A program made the position numbers and the translations under genes. Positions 26,486 through 40,356 of a DNA stretch of 64,000 nt are shown one piece after another (position 1 is the first letter of the stretch; each line of letters starts with the position of its first letter). Below the pieces are notes generated by a model that had not been told where the DNA came from, ran no database searches, and worked only from the letters and a program-made list of their open reading frames with translations. The stretch comes from Narcine bancroftii (Eukaryota): contig NC_091472.1 of NCBI RefSeq assembly GCF_036971445.1, positions 171,492,001 through 171,556,000 of the forward strand. The letters run 5' to 3'.

Positions 26486-27603
26486 TCTTCTTTGGCTTGG
26501 CTTCGCGGACGAAGATTTATGGAGGGGGTAAATGTCCACGTCAGCTGCAGGCTCGTTTGTGGCTGACAAGTCCGATGCGGGACAGGCAGACACGGTTGCA
26601 GCGGTTGCAGGGGAAAATTGGTTGGTTGGGGTTGGGTGTTGGGTTTTTCCTCCTTTGCCTTTTGTCAGTGAGGTGGGCTCTGCAGTCTACTTCAAAGGAG
26701 GTTGCTGCCCGCCGAACTGTGAGGCGCCAAGATGTACGGTTTGAGGCGATATCAGCCCACTGGTGGTGGTCAATGTGGCAGGCACCAAGAGATTTCTTTA
26801 GGCAGTCCTTGTACCTCTTCTTTGGTGCACCTCTGTCACGGTGGCCAGTGGAGAGCTCGCCATATAACACGATCTTGGGAAGGCGATGGTCCTCCATTCT
26901 GGAGACGTGACCCACCCAGCGCAGCTGGATCTTCAGCAGCGTGGACTCGATGCTGTCGGCCTCTGCCATCTCGAGTACTTCGATGTTAGGGATGAAGTCG
27001 CTCCAATGAATGTTGAGGATGGAGTGGAGACAACGCTGGTGGAAGCGATCTAGGAGTCATAGGTGATGCCGGTAGAGGACCCATGATTCGGAGCCGAACA
27101 GGAGTGTGGGTATGACAACGGCTCTGTATACGCTTATCTTTGTGAGGTTTTTCAGTTGGGTGTTTTTCCAGACTCTTGTGTAGTCTTCCAAAGGCGCTAT
27201 TTGCCTTGGCGAGTCTGTTGTCTATCTCCTTGTCGATCCTTGCATCTGATGAAATGATGCAGCCGAGATAGGTAAACTGGTTGACCGTTTTGAGTTTTGT
27301 GTGCCCGATGGAGATGTGGGGGGGTGGGGGGGCTGGTAGTCATGGTGGGGAGCTGGCTGGTGGAGGACCTCAGTTTTCTTCAGGCTGACTTCCAGGCCAA
27401 ATATTTTGGCAGTTTCTGCAAAACAGGACGTCAAGCGCTGAAGAGCTGGCTTTGAATGGGCAACTAAAGCAGCATTGTCTGCAAAGAGTAGTTCACGGAC
27501 AAGTTTCTCTTGTGTCTTGGTGTGAGCTTGCAGGCGCCTCAGATTGAAGAGACTGCCATCCGTGCGGTACCAGATGTAAACAGCATCTTCATTGTTGAGG
27601 TCT
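26486..27603 (-). mobile_element. 5'-truncated RTE-clade LINE inserted in the minisatellite
   Basis: YRTDGSLFNLRRLQA...VRELLFADNAALVAH...FGLEVSLKKTEV through the 3' GCGAAGCCAAGCCAAAGAAGA end. Confidence 0.93.
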
Positions 27604-28334
27604 CTCACAGGCTGGCCCAATCCCCACAGACTGTAGCCAGCAGGCTGGACCCATCCCCACAGGCAGTAACCAGCAGGCTGGACCCATCCCCACTGGCAGT
27701 AACCAGCAGGGTGGCCCCATCCACACAGACCATAACCCACAGGCTGGCCCCATCCCCACAGACTATAACCAGCAGGCAGGGCCAATCCCCACAGACTGTA
27801 ACCAGCAGGCTGGACCCATCCCTACAGGCAGTAACCAGCAGGCTGGCCCCATCCACACAGACCATAACCACAGGCTGGCCCCATCCCCACAGACTGTAAC
27901 CAGCAGGCAGGCCCAATCCCCACAGACTGTCACCAGCAGACTGGCCCTATCCCCACAGACTATCACCAGCAGGCTGGCCCCATCCCCACAGACCATAACC
28001 AGCAGACTGGTCCCATGTCCACAGACTGTAACTGGCAGACTGGCCACTTCCCCACACTGTCACCAGCAGTCTGGCCCCGTCCCCAGAAGATAACCAGCAG
28101 ACTGGCCCCATCCCCACAGTCCATAACCAGCAGACTGGCCCCACACCCACAGACTGTAACCAGCAGGCTGGCCCCATTCCCAGTCTGTAACCAGCAGGCT
28201 GGCCCCAACCCCACAGTCTGTAACCAGTAGGCTGGCCCCATCCCCACAGACTAATCAGCAGGCTGGCCCCATCCCCACAGACTGTAACAGGCAGACTGGC
28301 TCCACACCCACAGACTGTAACCAGCAGGCTGGCC
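27604..28334. repeat. 33-bp minisatellite, distal and more diverged block
   Basis: Same unit continues after the RTE insertion with more substitutions and indels. Confidence 0.95.
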
Positions 28335-28339
28335 TGACT

Positions 28340-28585
28340 GTACTTTCTTTCCTGGCACCTTTCCCTATCTCTGCCTCTCCATTTCATCTCCTTTTGCAGG
28401 TGATAATATATGATAAATTCTTACCTTTTCCCTTATCATACCCAATTAACACCTTTTGTTGGTCTGGATTCCTTACCCATTGCTTATGATTTCTGAGACT
28501 TCCTGCTTCTGGCGTATTCTGCTTATTCCTTGAAGAAGGGCTCAGGTTCAAAACGTCGACAATATATCTTTGACTCCTATAGACA
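28340..28585. mobile_element. Penelope-like element remnant
   Basis: Pyrimidine-rich body then CTTGAAGAAGGGCTCAGGTTCAAAACGTCGAC; related pieces near 130-230, 18115-18225, 34840-35060, 37160-37300 and 60930-61335. Confidence 0.55.
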
Positions 28586-31057
28586 ATACCAGTTACCAAT
28601 ACATTAATGTTTCACCGTTTTAATATCTCAATGTACCCTACCACAGGCCCCTAATCCATAACCAGCAGACATGATTCAATTATCTACATCATGAAAACAT
28701 CAAACTGATCTGAGTGTTCTGAGATCAGAATTTATTGTCATGAACATGTCACAAATTTTGTTGTTTTGTGGCAGCGTCACAGTGCAAACATTTATATCAA
28801 CCACCAAACAAAGTAAATAAAAAATAGTGCAAGAAAAGGTCATAGTAAGACAGTGTCTGTGGTTCACTGTTCTTTCAGGAATCTGATGGCAGCAGGGAAG
28901 AAGTTGTCCTTGTGCCCCTGAGTATTTGTCATTAGGCTCCTACACCTTTTTTCCCCAATGGTAGCAGAGTGAAGAGGGCATGATCTGGGTGGTGGGGGTT
29001 CTTGAGGATAGAGGCTGCTTTCTTAAGACACCCACTCTTGTAAAGGTCCTTTATGGAGTGAAGTCTGGTGCGAATATCGCAGCCCAAGTTCACAACCCTC
29101 TGTTTTTTTTTCCTTGTCCTGAGCGTTGGCACCTCTGTACCAGACAGTGATGCAACCAACCAGAATGCTCTTCACCTCTAGAAGTTCGAGAGTCTTTGGT
29201 GACATACTTCTTTTTAAAATACTTTTATTGAGTTTAATATAGAACATGTCAGATCTATCACAAATTAATATAAATATAAATTGAAAACCTATCCATATTT
29301 ATTTATTCAACAATATTTCATTAAAAAAATTTGGACTGAAAATGTACAACTACATTAGAAAATCCCTTGATTGAAACAAAGAGTAAATTCATCTAATATG
29401 ATCGATGACAATCATATTTAACAAGTTAATCTAAAAACCTTGATTAGAAGGAGGGGATTAGATTTAGTTTTAAGTTTTTTGTTTCTTTTTTTTAAGATTA
29501 GCTTTGGTGATATACTGGATCTCCTTAAACACCTCACAAAGTACAGCCACTGGCAAGCCTTCTTTGTGACTGCACCTTCAAGATAAACTGATGATTAACC
29601 CATTTTTGATGTTAAATAAGATGCTCTATCACTTTGTTAAATATATTTGTTGTAGTCGTTCACATAAGTCACTGGCAGAGTTGGCATTTATTGCCCCTAT
29701 TCAATTGTGTATAATGAATTGACTTGCAAATAAATGTGCCCACCACAGAGTCAAACATGTTGAGTGTCAAACTGGAGTGATGCAAGCAGGAACAAGCTGA
29801 ATTCCATGCTAGTTTTCAAATTAGTTTTAATTGTCATTTGCATCTAGGTGCCATTTTGTGACTTATGAAAGAATTCCATTTTTTTTTGAATACAGGTTTT
29901 TTTTGCAGTGGTAATTCTGCCTCAACCGCAGGAAAAAGAATCACAGTGATGTGATGCCATATATGTACTCTGACAATAAATCGGAACTTTGAACCTTTTA
30001 ATAATTTTACTTACCTTTTAGAAGTCATACTAAAATCAGGATTACAAACTAAGTTTATGATTTCTACAATTAAAACCTTAAGACAATGTAATATCGGTGA
30101 ATCTACAGCATATCTACTCCAAGGCCAATATAATCTTCCTGAATGCTTGAATTGAAATGTTCCACTCAATGGTCTTGGGAACTTTTTAAAATTATCTTTT
30201 ACCGTGGCCAGTTCCATCCATTTCAGTGTTCAGATGTCGAATGAAAATTAAAGCTGACTTCAGTGAAGGTGGACTCGTTAGGAATCAGCTCTAATCCCTC
30301 AAATTGCTCACCTGTATTCCAGGAAAAAAAACCAATTCCTTTCCTTTCCCAGTTCTGATGAAAATTCAGTGATTGGAAATATTAGCTGTGCTTCTCTCCA
30401 GAGGCCCGAGTATTTTTAGTGCCTAGTTTTACCATTAATTTTTAGATTTTATTAGGATCATGATCTCAACTCTGTGAAGCTTAATTAACAGTGAATCCCA
30501 TTCGCTTGACTATCCTGAGAATGTTCACTTCTCTTACACATAATTATCGTAAACAAGGAAGTTAGTTCTGGTCTTAATGCATGAAGGTCAACACCAAATG
30601 CCTGTAAACCATATTTACTTGTTCAGTAATGAGCCTTTGAGAAATAAATACTTATCCTCTAACAGCTACATTCACAACTGTGAAGGCAAGACTTCAGGCA
30701 ACCTCTCACAAAGCTTTAGCAATGATGAAACATCACCATCCTGCTCCACAAGGTCACTAACTCCATAACACCATAATACTCCATGCATTATGGTCTTGAT
30801 TAGGCAGAGATATGAATGACTTTTTTTTTAAATCAGAGCCAGGTTCTGTTAAGAGTGGTATGTACTCCCTCAGTTTCCACGTCAGGAGAAATAGACATTA
30901 AATGTCATTATGGTTTTGAAGATTCTGAAATACAATACCTGAAGAATGACAATCGACACTTAACATTTATGGGGACAATAAGAAGCCATTTGCAGAAATT
31001 TACTTCTTTCAAACCAGTCCAACATTTTAATTCACATATCCCAATCCTTGAAGTACT

Positions 31058-31231
31058 TTTTTTTCTTTGGCTTGGCTTCGTGGACGAAGATTAATGAAGG
31101 GGTAATGTCCACGTCAGCTGCAGGCTCGTTTGTGGCTGACAAGTCCGATGCGGGACAGGCAGACACGGTTGCAAGGGAAAATTGGTGGGTTGGGGTTGGG
31201 TGTTGGGTTTTTCCTCCTTTGTCTTTTGTCA
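31058..31231 (-). mobile_element. Short RTE LINE 3' end with TSD
   Basis: Matches the RTE 3' end; 11-bp TSD CTTGAAGTACT at 31047-31057 and 31232-31242. Confidence 0.9.
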
Positions 31232-31559
31232 CTTGAAGTACTAAACCCTCAACAAAACCCTAACAGCATTCGTAACATTTTTACCTTGCTGAAGTTGCCA
31301 TCCACAAATGTACATTGGATCCATTCAAATTAATCAGGTGATCCCCAAGCACCACTCTGTCACGTAAAATGGATCCCTAAAGCTCTTCCGCTCTGGTTCT
31401 AGCAGCGCCATGGTCACCCTGGCTTTAATTGACTGATTTTTGCAGCAACCTCCGTACATGGAGTTCAGCCACTCATCGTTCAAAGTGCAAATCTACACCA
31501 TATTTCCCTAAAAAATATTTTGTGATTTCCTGTCACATTTTAAGTCTACAAAGCAAGCT

Positions 31560-32151
31560 GTTTTAGTCATTCCAAGCATGCCTGGGCATCCACTCAGTGC
31601 AGGTGCTATGCAAATGTTGTCTTAGGCCTGGGCATGCATGGATGGCATTTCAAGATTTTATTGAGAATTTTCTTGGCAACTACATTGCAGCAAACTGCAT
31701 CCAGCTGATTAACAACGTGCTTCAAGCCTACAAAACCACAAAGTGCAACATGTCACTGAAAATTCATTTTCTGCATTTGCACTTGGACTTCTTTCCTGCA
31801 GATCTTGGTGCAGTCAGTGACGAACATGGTGAAAGATTTCACCAGGACAAAGTGGTTTCAGGACAACTGGAATCCATCATTGCTGGCTGACAATTGTTGG
31901 ACACTGACACAAGAGACATCAGATGTTGAATTCAAACGCAAATCAGCAGCTAACGTCCGTTGAACAAACGCAATGTGTCAGCATCGTTATGCAAGCATGC
32001 TAAATTCAATAAAAGTTAATTTAATGTTTACCCAACCTCCAATGTGATACAGCAAATATGAAAATATCTTTGTGTCCAGCTTGAAGTTGTCTATCATAAT
32101 TCCCAATTTTTTTTTGGAAACAAACCTTTTAAAAAGAATTGTTGTCCAGTG
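31560..32151 (+). mobile_element. Chapaev3-like (CMC superfamily) DNA transposon 3' fragment
   Basis: NFLGN...CNMSLKIHFLHLHLDFFPADLGAVSDEHGERFHQD; terminus ...GTTGTCCAGTG|TAA; 5' boundary uncertain. Confidence 0.72.
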
Positions 32152-33130
32152 TAATCAGTGACCTCACTTCACCAACCACACTGAGGTTAACTCAGCAATT
32201 ACACAGATCATATCATTCTGTAACTACAACACTACATAAAGAAGCTCAGCCTTCCTCTTGGCAATTTTTAATTTTTCCTCCTCTCCTACAGAGTACAGAC
32301 TTACACTTGCAGCTTATTCTCTGGTGACACACACAAACCTAGACACATCTGGACCACTTAATTCTAAAGTGAATCTGTTTTAGTGTGATTCAGATCAAAA
32401 ACTATCATGAGCTGAATCCAATGAAGTTTCTGGGAAATACTGAGAATTCTCGGTGTTCACAAACGCTTCAGGCAGCTGGAACAAATAGTTAAGAAGACAA
32501 ATGGCACAGGGGACGGATGAGGCTATGGCTGGAAGACAGTTTTGGTCCCCTGATTTAAAGTAGGACATACAGTAAAATCCGTTATCCCGAATTCAAGCAT
32601 CCAACAGCCTCAAGAAAACAGCAAAAAAGAAATGCAGAACATAAATAGGCAAAAAAAATGGAAGTTAAAAATTGGGGCCCTCCAGTGGTTAACACTCAAT
32701 CTCAAGCAATTGGCAAAATCATTTATCCGTCATCTACCAACCCCCACAGGAGCTGGATACTGAGTTTTTAAAAATGTTATTAAATTTTAAAATGTAAACG
32801 TACAGCACAGTAACAGACCCCTTTTGCCCACAAGTCCATGCTGCCCAATTTATACCCAATTTTTGAAGGGGGTGAACATACAAACTCCCTACAGACAGTG
32901 CAGAATTTGAACTCTGCTCCCAGTTGCTGGTGTTGTCAGTGTTGCGCTAACCACTACATTAACCATGTCACCCATTAAATTTAGACATGCAGCACAGTAA
33001 CACACCCTTCCGCCCCATGAGCCTGTGCCATCTAATTACACACAATTGACCTATAACCCCCATATTTGGAATGGTGGGAAGAAACCAGACCACCCATAGG
33101 ATACCCATGCAGACACGGGGGGGAAAGTAT

Positions 33131-33980
33131 TGTGACAGATTATGTTGTGTTTGTATTGTACATAGATACGTTTTTGGGAGATAAATTTGGATAGGTTTTT
33201 TAGTGTAGATCACAAACACTTTAAACAGATCTTATTTAAAAAACTGGAGCTCTGCTCATGCTAGACAGTCTGGCGCCAAGAGTCTTTGCAAAGCTTTCGA
33301 GAGTGCCCAAGAGATGTTGCTAATGGATTGTTGTTTACAAAAAGGCAACAGATGAGAGAACTCGTTGGAGCTGCAGGCTGTCTGGAGTGAAACTTCTGTA
33401 CTAAGAGGGTCATGTGGTTTTACAAGTAGAGAGAGTAAAACAGGCTTTCTCTCAGAGAGAGAGGGAATTCAGTTCTGCAGTTTTACTGTCAGCAGCAGCA
33501 GCTGGGACTGGAACAGGACAAGCTAGTAAGCTTATGGAAAACCCTATTTTAAAGACATATTGTGAGTGCTTAGTTCAGCCTGGTCAAAGCCCTTGTGGTT
33601 CATGCAAGAGGAGAGGACTGGCTGTCTAATGTTTCACTTGGAATAAGAGAAACAAAAAGGAACTCTGTGATGACCTGAAAGAAAGAGGGTATCATCTGGA
33701 AAACCCTGAGGGGGCAAGTTTCTTCGGCAAGACACTGAAGTGGCTGGTTAAAAGGAATCAGTTGTGGGTGTCCAGCAAACAACAAATCTCTCTCTGAAAA
33801 CTGACAAGAACTTTCCTGAGCGGTAACCATTTACCTTTCAAGCACCAAAGCCTGGTGAACTTCATAAATGCTAAATTCTGTGCACAGTATAAGAATTACT
33901 GCAACCAATAAACTTGGAGGAATAAGAAGTGAGATTGGACTGTGAATCAAATAAATTTTCTGAACTTACATACACATTAT
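33131..33980 (+). mobile_element. Truncated solo LTR inserted in a V-SINE
   Basis: Starts TGTGACAGA (reverse complement of the 58843-58851 terminus); homologous to 38630-39560 and 58053-58851 in the opposite orientation; SINE halves on both sides. Confidence 0.7.
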
Positions 33981-35522
33981 TTACAAGCACTGGATTCGAA
34001 CCTTGGTTACCACTGTAATAGCATTGCGCTAACTACTACACCAACCGGGCACTCTTACTGTACTAGCATTGGAAACAGCCCCAAAATAGATTCACTTGAC
34101 TAACTTCTGGGGTGAGAGGGTTTTTTTTAAAAACTCACAAGTAACTAAAGAAATTAGTTCAATTAGTTTGACGTTTACAAGAACAAGGCATGATCTTGAA
34201 ACATACATATCCTAAGAGGGCGTGATAGGGTAGAAGTTGAGATTTTTACACCTGTGAGGAAAATCGAGAATGAAAGGATATAGTTACAAGTTTAGGGGGT
34301 GGTCAATTAAAATTGAAATCCATTAGAAACTTCTTATAAAGTATGGTGAATCTCTGGAATTCTCTGCCTAGAGGGTTATGAAGGGTGATCACTGTCAAAG
34401 AGAAAGTAGATACATTTTCAAAAGACCAGGGAATTGAGAGGCTAAGGGGAACTGTTATAGAAAAGGACACAAAGCCAGATGCAGATCAGCCAGGATTAAA
34501 ATGAATGACAGGGTAGGGTTAAGGGGCCGAGTGGCCTACTTCTACTTCTTTCTTGTGTTCTTCTCCTGCCACAATCCTCCCTCCCTGAAATAGTAGATGA
34601 AACAGAAAACTTGGAAACCACTTGGGAACATCAGAGACTTCGGTTGCTTGCGAAAGGTTTGAGCCGGAACATTGACCATTCTTTTCTCTTATTGACACTG
34701 CTCAACCTGCTGAGTTCTCCCATAGATTGTTTTTTGTGGAAATCACTGTATCTGTGTGACTAAGATGCTCAGTGCTTGTTCACAGCACCCTCTAACCAGA
34801 TGCCTCTAACAACGACTTCTCTGGTTTCTTTAAAATCAACCTCCATCTTCATCCCTCTGTCTCCTTTCCCCCAACTCTCTCTCTCTGTTGTGATTTCCCT
34901 CTGTCTCCTTTCACAGAGCCAAAATTAATTCTCACCTTTCCTCTTATCATATCTAATTAACACCTCATTTGTTGGTCTGGACTTCTCCCCCTCCAATTCT
35001 TCCCCCTTTCTCTCCCCAGTTTTTATTCAGACGCCTGCCTGCTTATTGCTTACAACTTGAAGGTGGTATACTTATACACATACTTATAAAATGAAACATG
35101 TTAAAGACAGCAAAAAGGTTTAAGGGAATATATTAAAATTTTGTGTGTTACAAAAAAAAACTACTCTTTATACATAATGTAATTAGTTGGAGCTCAGTGC
35201 AGAAATCTGCACATTACCCATAGCATATTCTTATTTTGAGAATCCGAGTCTCATCAGAATTGTCAAAGCCATATCACTTCAAAGTTAGAAAAACTGTACA
35301 AGGAAATACAAATTTGTCACCTTCAAACCAATGATCTCTTTGAAAGTGATTCACAAATGTTACTTCCAGGAACATAATTATTAAACATAACAACTATAGT
35401 CTAACATCATTGTATTGAACCCTGCACTCTCCACTGTTCTCAAAGTCCCATCATCATTATGTACAAATTAGTTTTAGAGTTCATAGAAACAATGTCGGCA
35501 AGAATCCAGTATCCTCATTACA

Positions 35523-35621
<99 letters not shown>

Positions 35622-37606
35622 TTAAAATAAAAAGTTCAGGTTGCATGGAAATTTTTGACTACACCAAATTGAAATATTAATTAACCAACAAATATCTATG
35701 CAGTCAGGTCAGAAAATAAAGGGAGCATATATTCTATTCTGAGAGCAGTAAATTCTTAATGCATTTCACAGTGGTTTTGATATAAATTAATGGTTACTTT
35801 CAATGGAACATTTAAAGTTATCATCATTCTATTGGTGAGAAGTTGCTGAACAAGCCGTCAAATGTGCCTCATTCGTATGAGCTCTCGATTGTTCGGGTCT
35901 CTCACTCGTGACTGGAAAAAATCCCATAGCTTTACTTAAGTAGCAAATAAGCACCTCTAGTATTATGGCCATCATTCATCCTTCAATCTTCTTGAAACAG
36001 AAAATGCTGGAAACATTCAGCAGGCCATGTAGAATCCATGGAAAGAAAACAAGAGTTAACATTTCAAATTAGCAACCATTTATCAGAACTGGGAAGGGAA
36101 AACAAGTATCAGCAGCAAATAATTTTGGGGCAGCTGAGCAGAACAAGGGGAATATCTCCGAAAGAGTGAGACCTCATGAGTTAATCAGAGATATCGCTTT
36201 GTTCTACCTCGGATACTGAAAACTAACTTGTTTTCCCTCTTTTGCAGTTCTGACGAAGGGACCAGAGCAGAAACCCACTCTGTTTCTCTTTCCAAAGATG
36301 CTGTCTGATTTGCTGACAAATTTGATTGTTTTATTTTATTTATTTAGACAAACAGCACGGTTACAGGCCATTTTGGCCCACAAGTCCGTTCCGCTCAATT
36401 TTTATCCAATTAACCTACAACCCCCGGTACAATTTGAAGGGCGGGAGGAAACCAGAGCCCCTGGGGAAAACGTGAAAATTCCTTACAGACAGCATGGGAT
36501 TCGAACCCCAGTCTGATCCCGTTCACTGGCACTGTAAAGGCATAACAGCATTTCTGATGTTATTTCTGCATATTAAAAAAATACATTTTCAAGCACTACA
36601 CAGTTCTAATAAATTTCAAGCTTTTAGAAAGTTAAGCTCCAGTTGTATTCACACACAATTATTTCAAGGTTTTGTGGAGATGCTTAAGAGTCAAGGAGTT
36701 GTACAGCACAAAAGTGAGCCTCTTAGCCCACCACACTGAGTCAATCTTTTTGCCTGTATTAGTTCCGTATCCTTCAATTCCTGTTTCATTCATCTCCATC
36801 AAGTCACTCTTTGCTCCTGGAAAAATAAACCCAGTCACCGAAGCAAAGGGATGGTCAGCATTTCAGGTCAAGATGCTGCATCAGGGGTTCTTCCAGCAGC
36901 TTTGTTTTTTAACCTGCAGTCTTGTGTCTCCTAGAGTACTGTGTATGCACCTCAAAATAGTAAATATGTGTTACTTTTGCTTTGTACCAACTGATCTTTG
37001 CACTTTTGTAGTGTGTCTTGCTTGTTATGCTTGAGATATCTAACTGATCTGCTAACAAAACAACCTCATCATTACATCTTGAAGTAAAAAAATGAACTTG
37101 GTCTCCCTCTGTATATGAAAAATGAACTTGATTTCATGTGCACACAAAAATGAACTTGACCTTGAAGGGCTCAAGACCAAAACGTTGGTTATACATTTTT
37201 ATCTTTCCTTATATGAAGTATACTGTTTGACCTGCTGAATTTCTCCAGCAATGGGTATTAACTTCAATCACGGTGTCTGCAGACTTTCGTGTTTTCCTCT
37301 TGAACTTGGTTTTCTTTTGTTTAAAAATAAACAGAGAAACTTAATATTGAAGAGTTGTAAGTAAAGGTTTGCCCCAGTGGTTCCTGTTGTGGCGAACCTG
37401 TCCCAAGGAGAGATTAAAGTCACCTCGGACTCAGTTTTCTGGTTCGGAACTCATTGCAATCCAGCAAATTCTTGGAGAAGGTTGTGCCCACAGATGGGGA
37501 AGAATGTAATTAGGAGCCACAAGGGCGAGGCAGCACAGAATCTGAGCTACTGGCGCCCCTGGACGAAGACCAGACCCCAGTCCTCTTCCCCCATGGCCCC
37601 ATGCTA

Positions 37607-38180
<574 letters not shown>

Positions 38181-38233
38181 AATGGGGTCCATTTTTAATA
38201 TTCAAACCCAAGAATTTTGTAACAAAAAGGAGT

Positions 38234-38306
38234 CGCCCGAACAGGGACTTGAACCCTGGACCCTCAGATTAAAAGTCTGATGCTCTACCGACTGAGCTAT
38301 CCGGGC
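38234..38306 (-). tRNA. tRNA-Lys-TTT: tRNA-Lys (anticodon UUU)
   Basis: GCCCGGATAGCTCAGTCGGTAGAGCATCAGACTTTTAATCTGAGGGTCCAGGGTTCAAGTCCCTGTTCGGGCG, 73 nt with intact A and B boxes; T5 Pol III terminator at 38224-38228. Confidence 0.98.
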
Positions 38307-38487
38307 CCTGAACAGGCAGCTGCCCACACTTCTTTTGGAGCAAAGAGACAAACATGGCTTTGATGTTATTGGGTCTCTACCAATGCATCAACCATACTTT
38401 GCCTTCACACTTTTTCCAGCAGTTTATTCTTATCTTAGTTATGCAAAGATTTAATGTTCCCATCGTCACTTTGTCATTACTTCCTTT

Positions 38488-39931
38488 CTCGCTCTTTTTT
38501 TAAATTATTTTTATTCATTTTAAATATTACAAGTTTAAAAATGTAATGAGAATCCATTATGAAGTGTTAACTATGGCTATTCAACAATTGGTACATCAAA
38601 ACATGTCGATAAATTTAAAAACACATCCATAAATCCAGAGGACCCCAAAACCCAGCAGTAATAGATTTTCACCAAGACAAATGATTACTTCAACAAAAGT
38701 TGCTTTTAATTATCTTTAAGCAGGATCAAACTTTTATCACTATTAACTTACCTAACTTAACCCCCTTCTAATTCTAAGCGCACGTGTCTATGTTCAGAAA
38801 AGTTATTTCATTCATGGTCCAATCTCACTTCTCATTCCTCCAAGTTCACTGGTATCAGGCAATATTGTGCGCAGAATTCAACAGTTGCAAATTTTCACCA
38901 GGCTCTCGTGAAAAGGTAAATAGTTACCACTCAGGAAGGTTCTTGTTGGTTTCAGAGAGAGATTCATTGCTCATTGGACACACACAAATTGACTTTCACA
39001 ATCAGCACTTCAACGTCTTGCCAAAGAAACTTGCCCAAGAAACTTGCCCCATCATGGGTTTTCCAAATTATAACCTCTTCTTCCAGGTCACCACAGAGTT
39101 CCTCTTCTTTCTCTTATTTCAGGTGAAACACTCTAGCCAGCTATTTCCTCTCGTAACGACCACAAGGGCTTTCAGGCCGAACTCAGAACTCACAACCCCT
39201 CTTCAAAATGGGTTTTTTCCACAAACCTGTCAGCTTGCCATGTTGCAGCCTCCAAAAGCTATTGCTGAACTGAATTCTCTCTCTCTCGTTTAGAGGAAGC
39301 CTGTTTTGCCAATTCTCTCTCTCTGCTTGCAAAACCACATGACCTTCTTAGAACAGCAAACTACCCCCAGACAGACTGTGGCTCCGGTCTTAGCCTCTTG
39401 AGCTTGGGGATCTGTTGATTTCAAAACAATAATCCATTTAAACCTGCCCTTGAAACTCTCCAGCAAAGCAGCTTCATTGTTTTGCAAAGGCAATTGGTGC
39501 CTCAATGTCCAGCTTGAGCAAAGCCCTTACATTTTAAATGAGATCTCTTTTGTGACCTACACTCTTAAACCCCCCCCCCCCACGATGATCTTTTAAACAA
39601 AACATATTTTATATAAAATATATGAGGAAAAAGAAAATAAAAATCCAAACCCTTTCCCTTACTGCCATTTTATGATGTTTTTATGTATATATTATATAGA
39701 GTACTTAACAATGGAATAAAAGCAAAGGGAGATTTTAAAAAAAAGAATTAAGGAATTTAAAAGAAAAGATATAGTTCAGACAGTCAAATTATGATGAAAA
39801 GTTATAAAGTGGAAGAGTGAGTCATGATTGACCCCTACAACATCTGAAATCCTGTACTTGAATTATTAACTGAATATTAAATCTTTTCCATATTCAAACA
39901 GGATATGATGTCCCCCAGCCATTGACTGTGA
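38488..39931 (-). mobile_element. L1/Tx1 3' fragment with 23-bp TSD, containing a nested solo LTR (~38630-39560)
   Basis: TSD GTCACTTTGTCATTACTTCCTTT at 38465-38487 and 39932-39954; minus-strand SQWLGDIISCLNMEKI ORF2 C-terminus; T-rich tail at left. Confidence 0.8.
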
Positions 39932-40304
39932 GTCACTTTGTCATTACTTCCTTTGTCCCTCTTGCACTGATATTGGAAACCCCACTTTACGTGAGTAATT
40001 CATTCAAATTTTTACTTGCCACAGATGAATTTGCATTAATCGATTATAGAATCAAATGGGAATAATCGCAATGAATCTCCATCCTTTCAGATTGTCCATC
40101 AAGACTTATAAAAATGTTTTTAAAAAAAAAACTTTCAGCTACATGTACTGTAATGCCAAAACTGTTAAGGTTAATAAAAATAATTGTGATATTTTTCATT
40201 TATTTCATAATTACTGTTAAATAATCAGGATAATGTGAACTATTTTGTAACAGTATAAAGAATACACCCTTCTCACTGTAGTAACTGTAGTGCACCACTG
40301 TGGG

Positions 40305-40306
<2 letters not shown>

Positions 40307-40354
<48 letters not shown>
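40307..40354. repeat. (GT)n microsatellite
   Basis: Pure GT run. Confidence 0.97.

Positions 40355-40356
<2 letters not shown>

Noticed and set aside
24085-28387. Many long Trp/Gly/Cys-rich ORFs on the minus strand
   Set aside because: Reading-frame artefacts of the 33-bp minisatellite
37087-37160. AAAAATGAACTTG repeated three times with different ~16-17-nt spacers (CRISPR-like look)
   Set aside because: Repeat and spacers are too short, the context is a vertebrate intron with no cas genes, and it resembles a decayed tandem repeat or LINE tail
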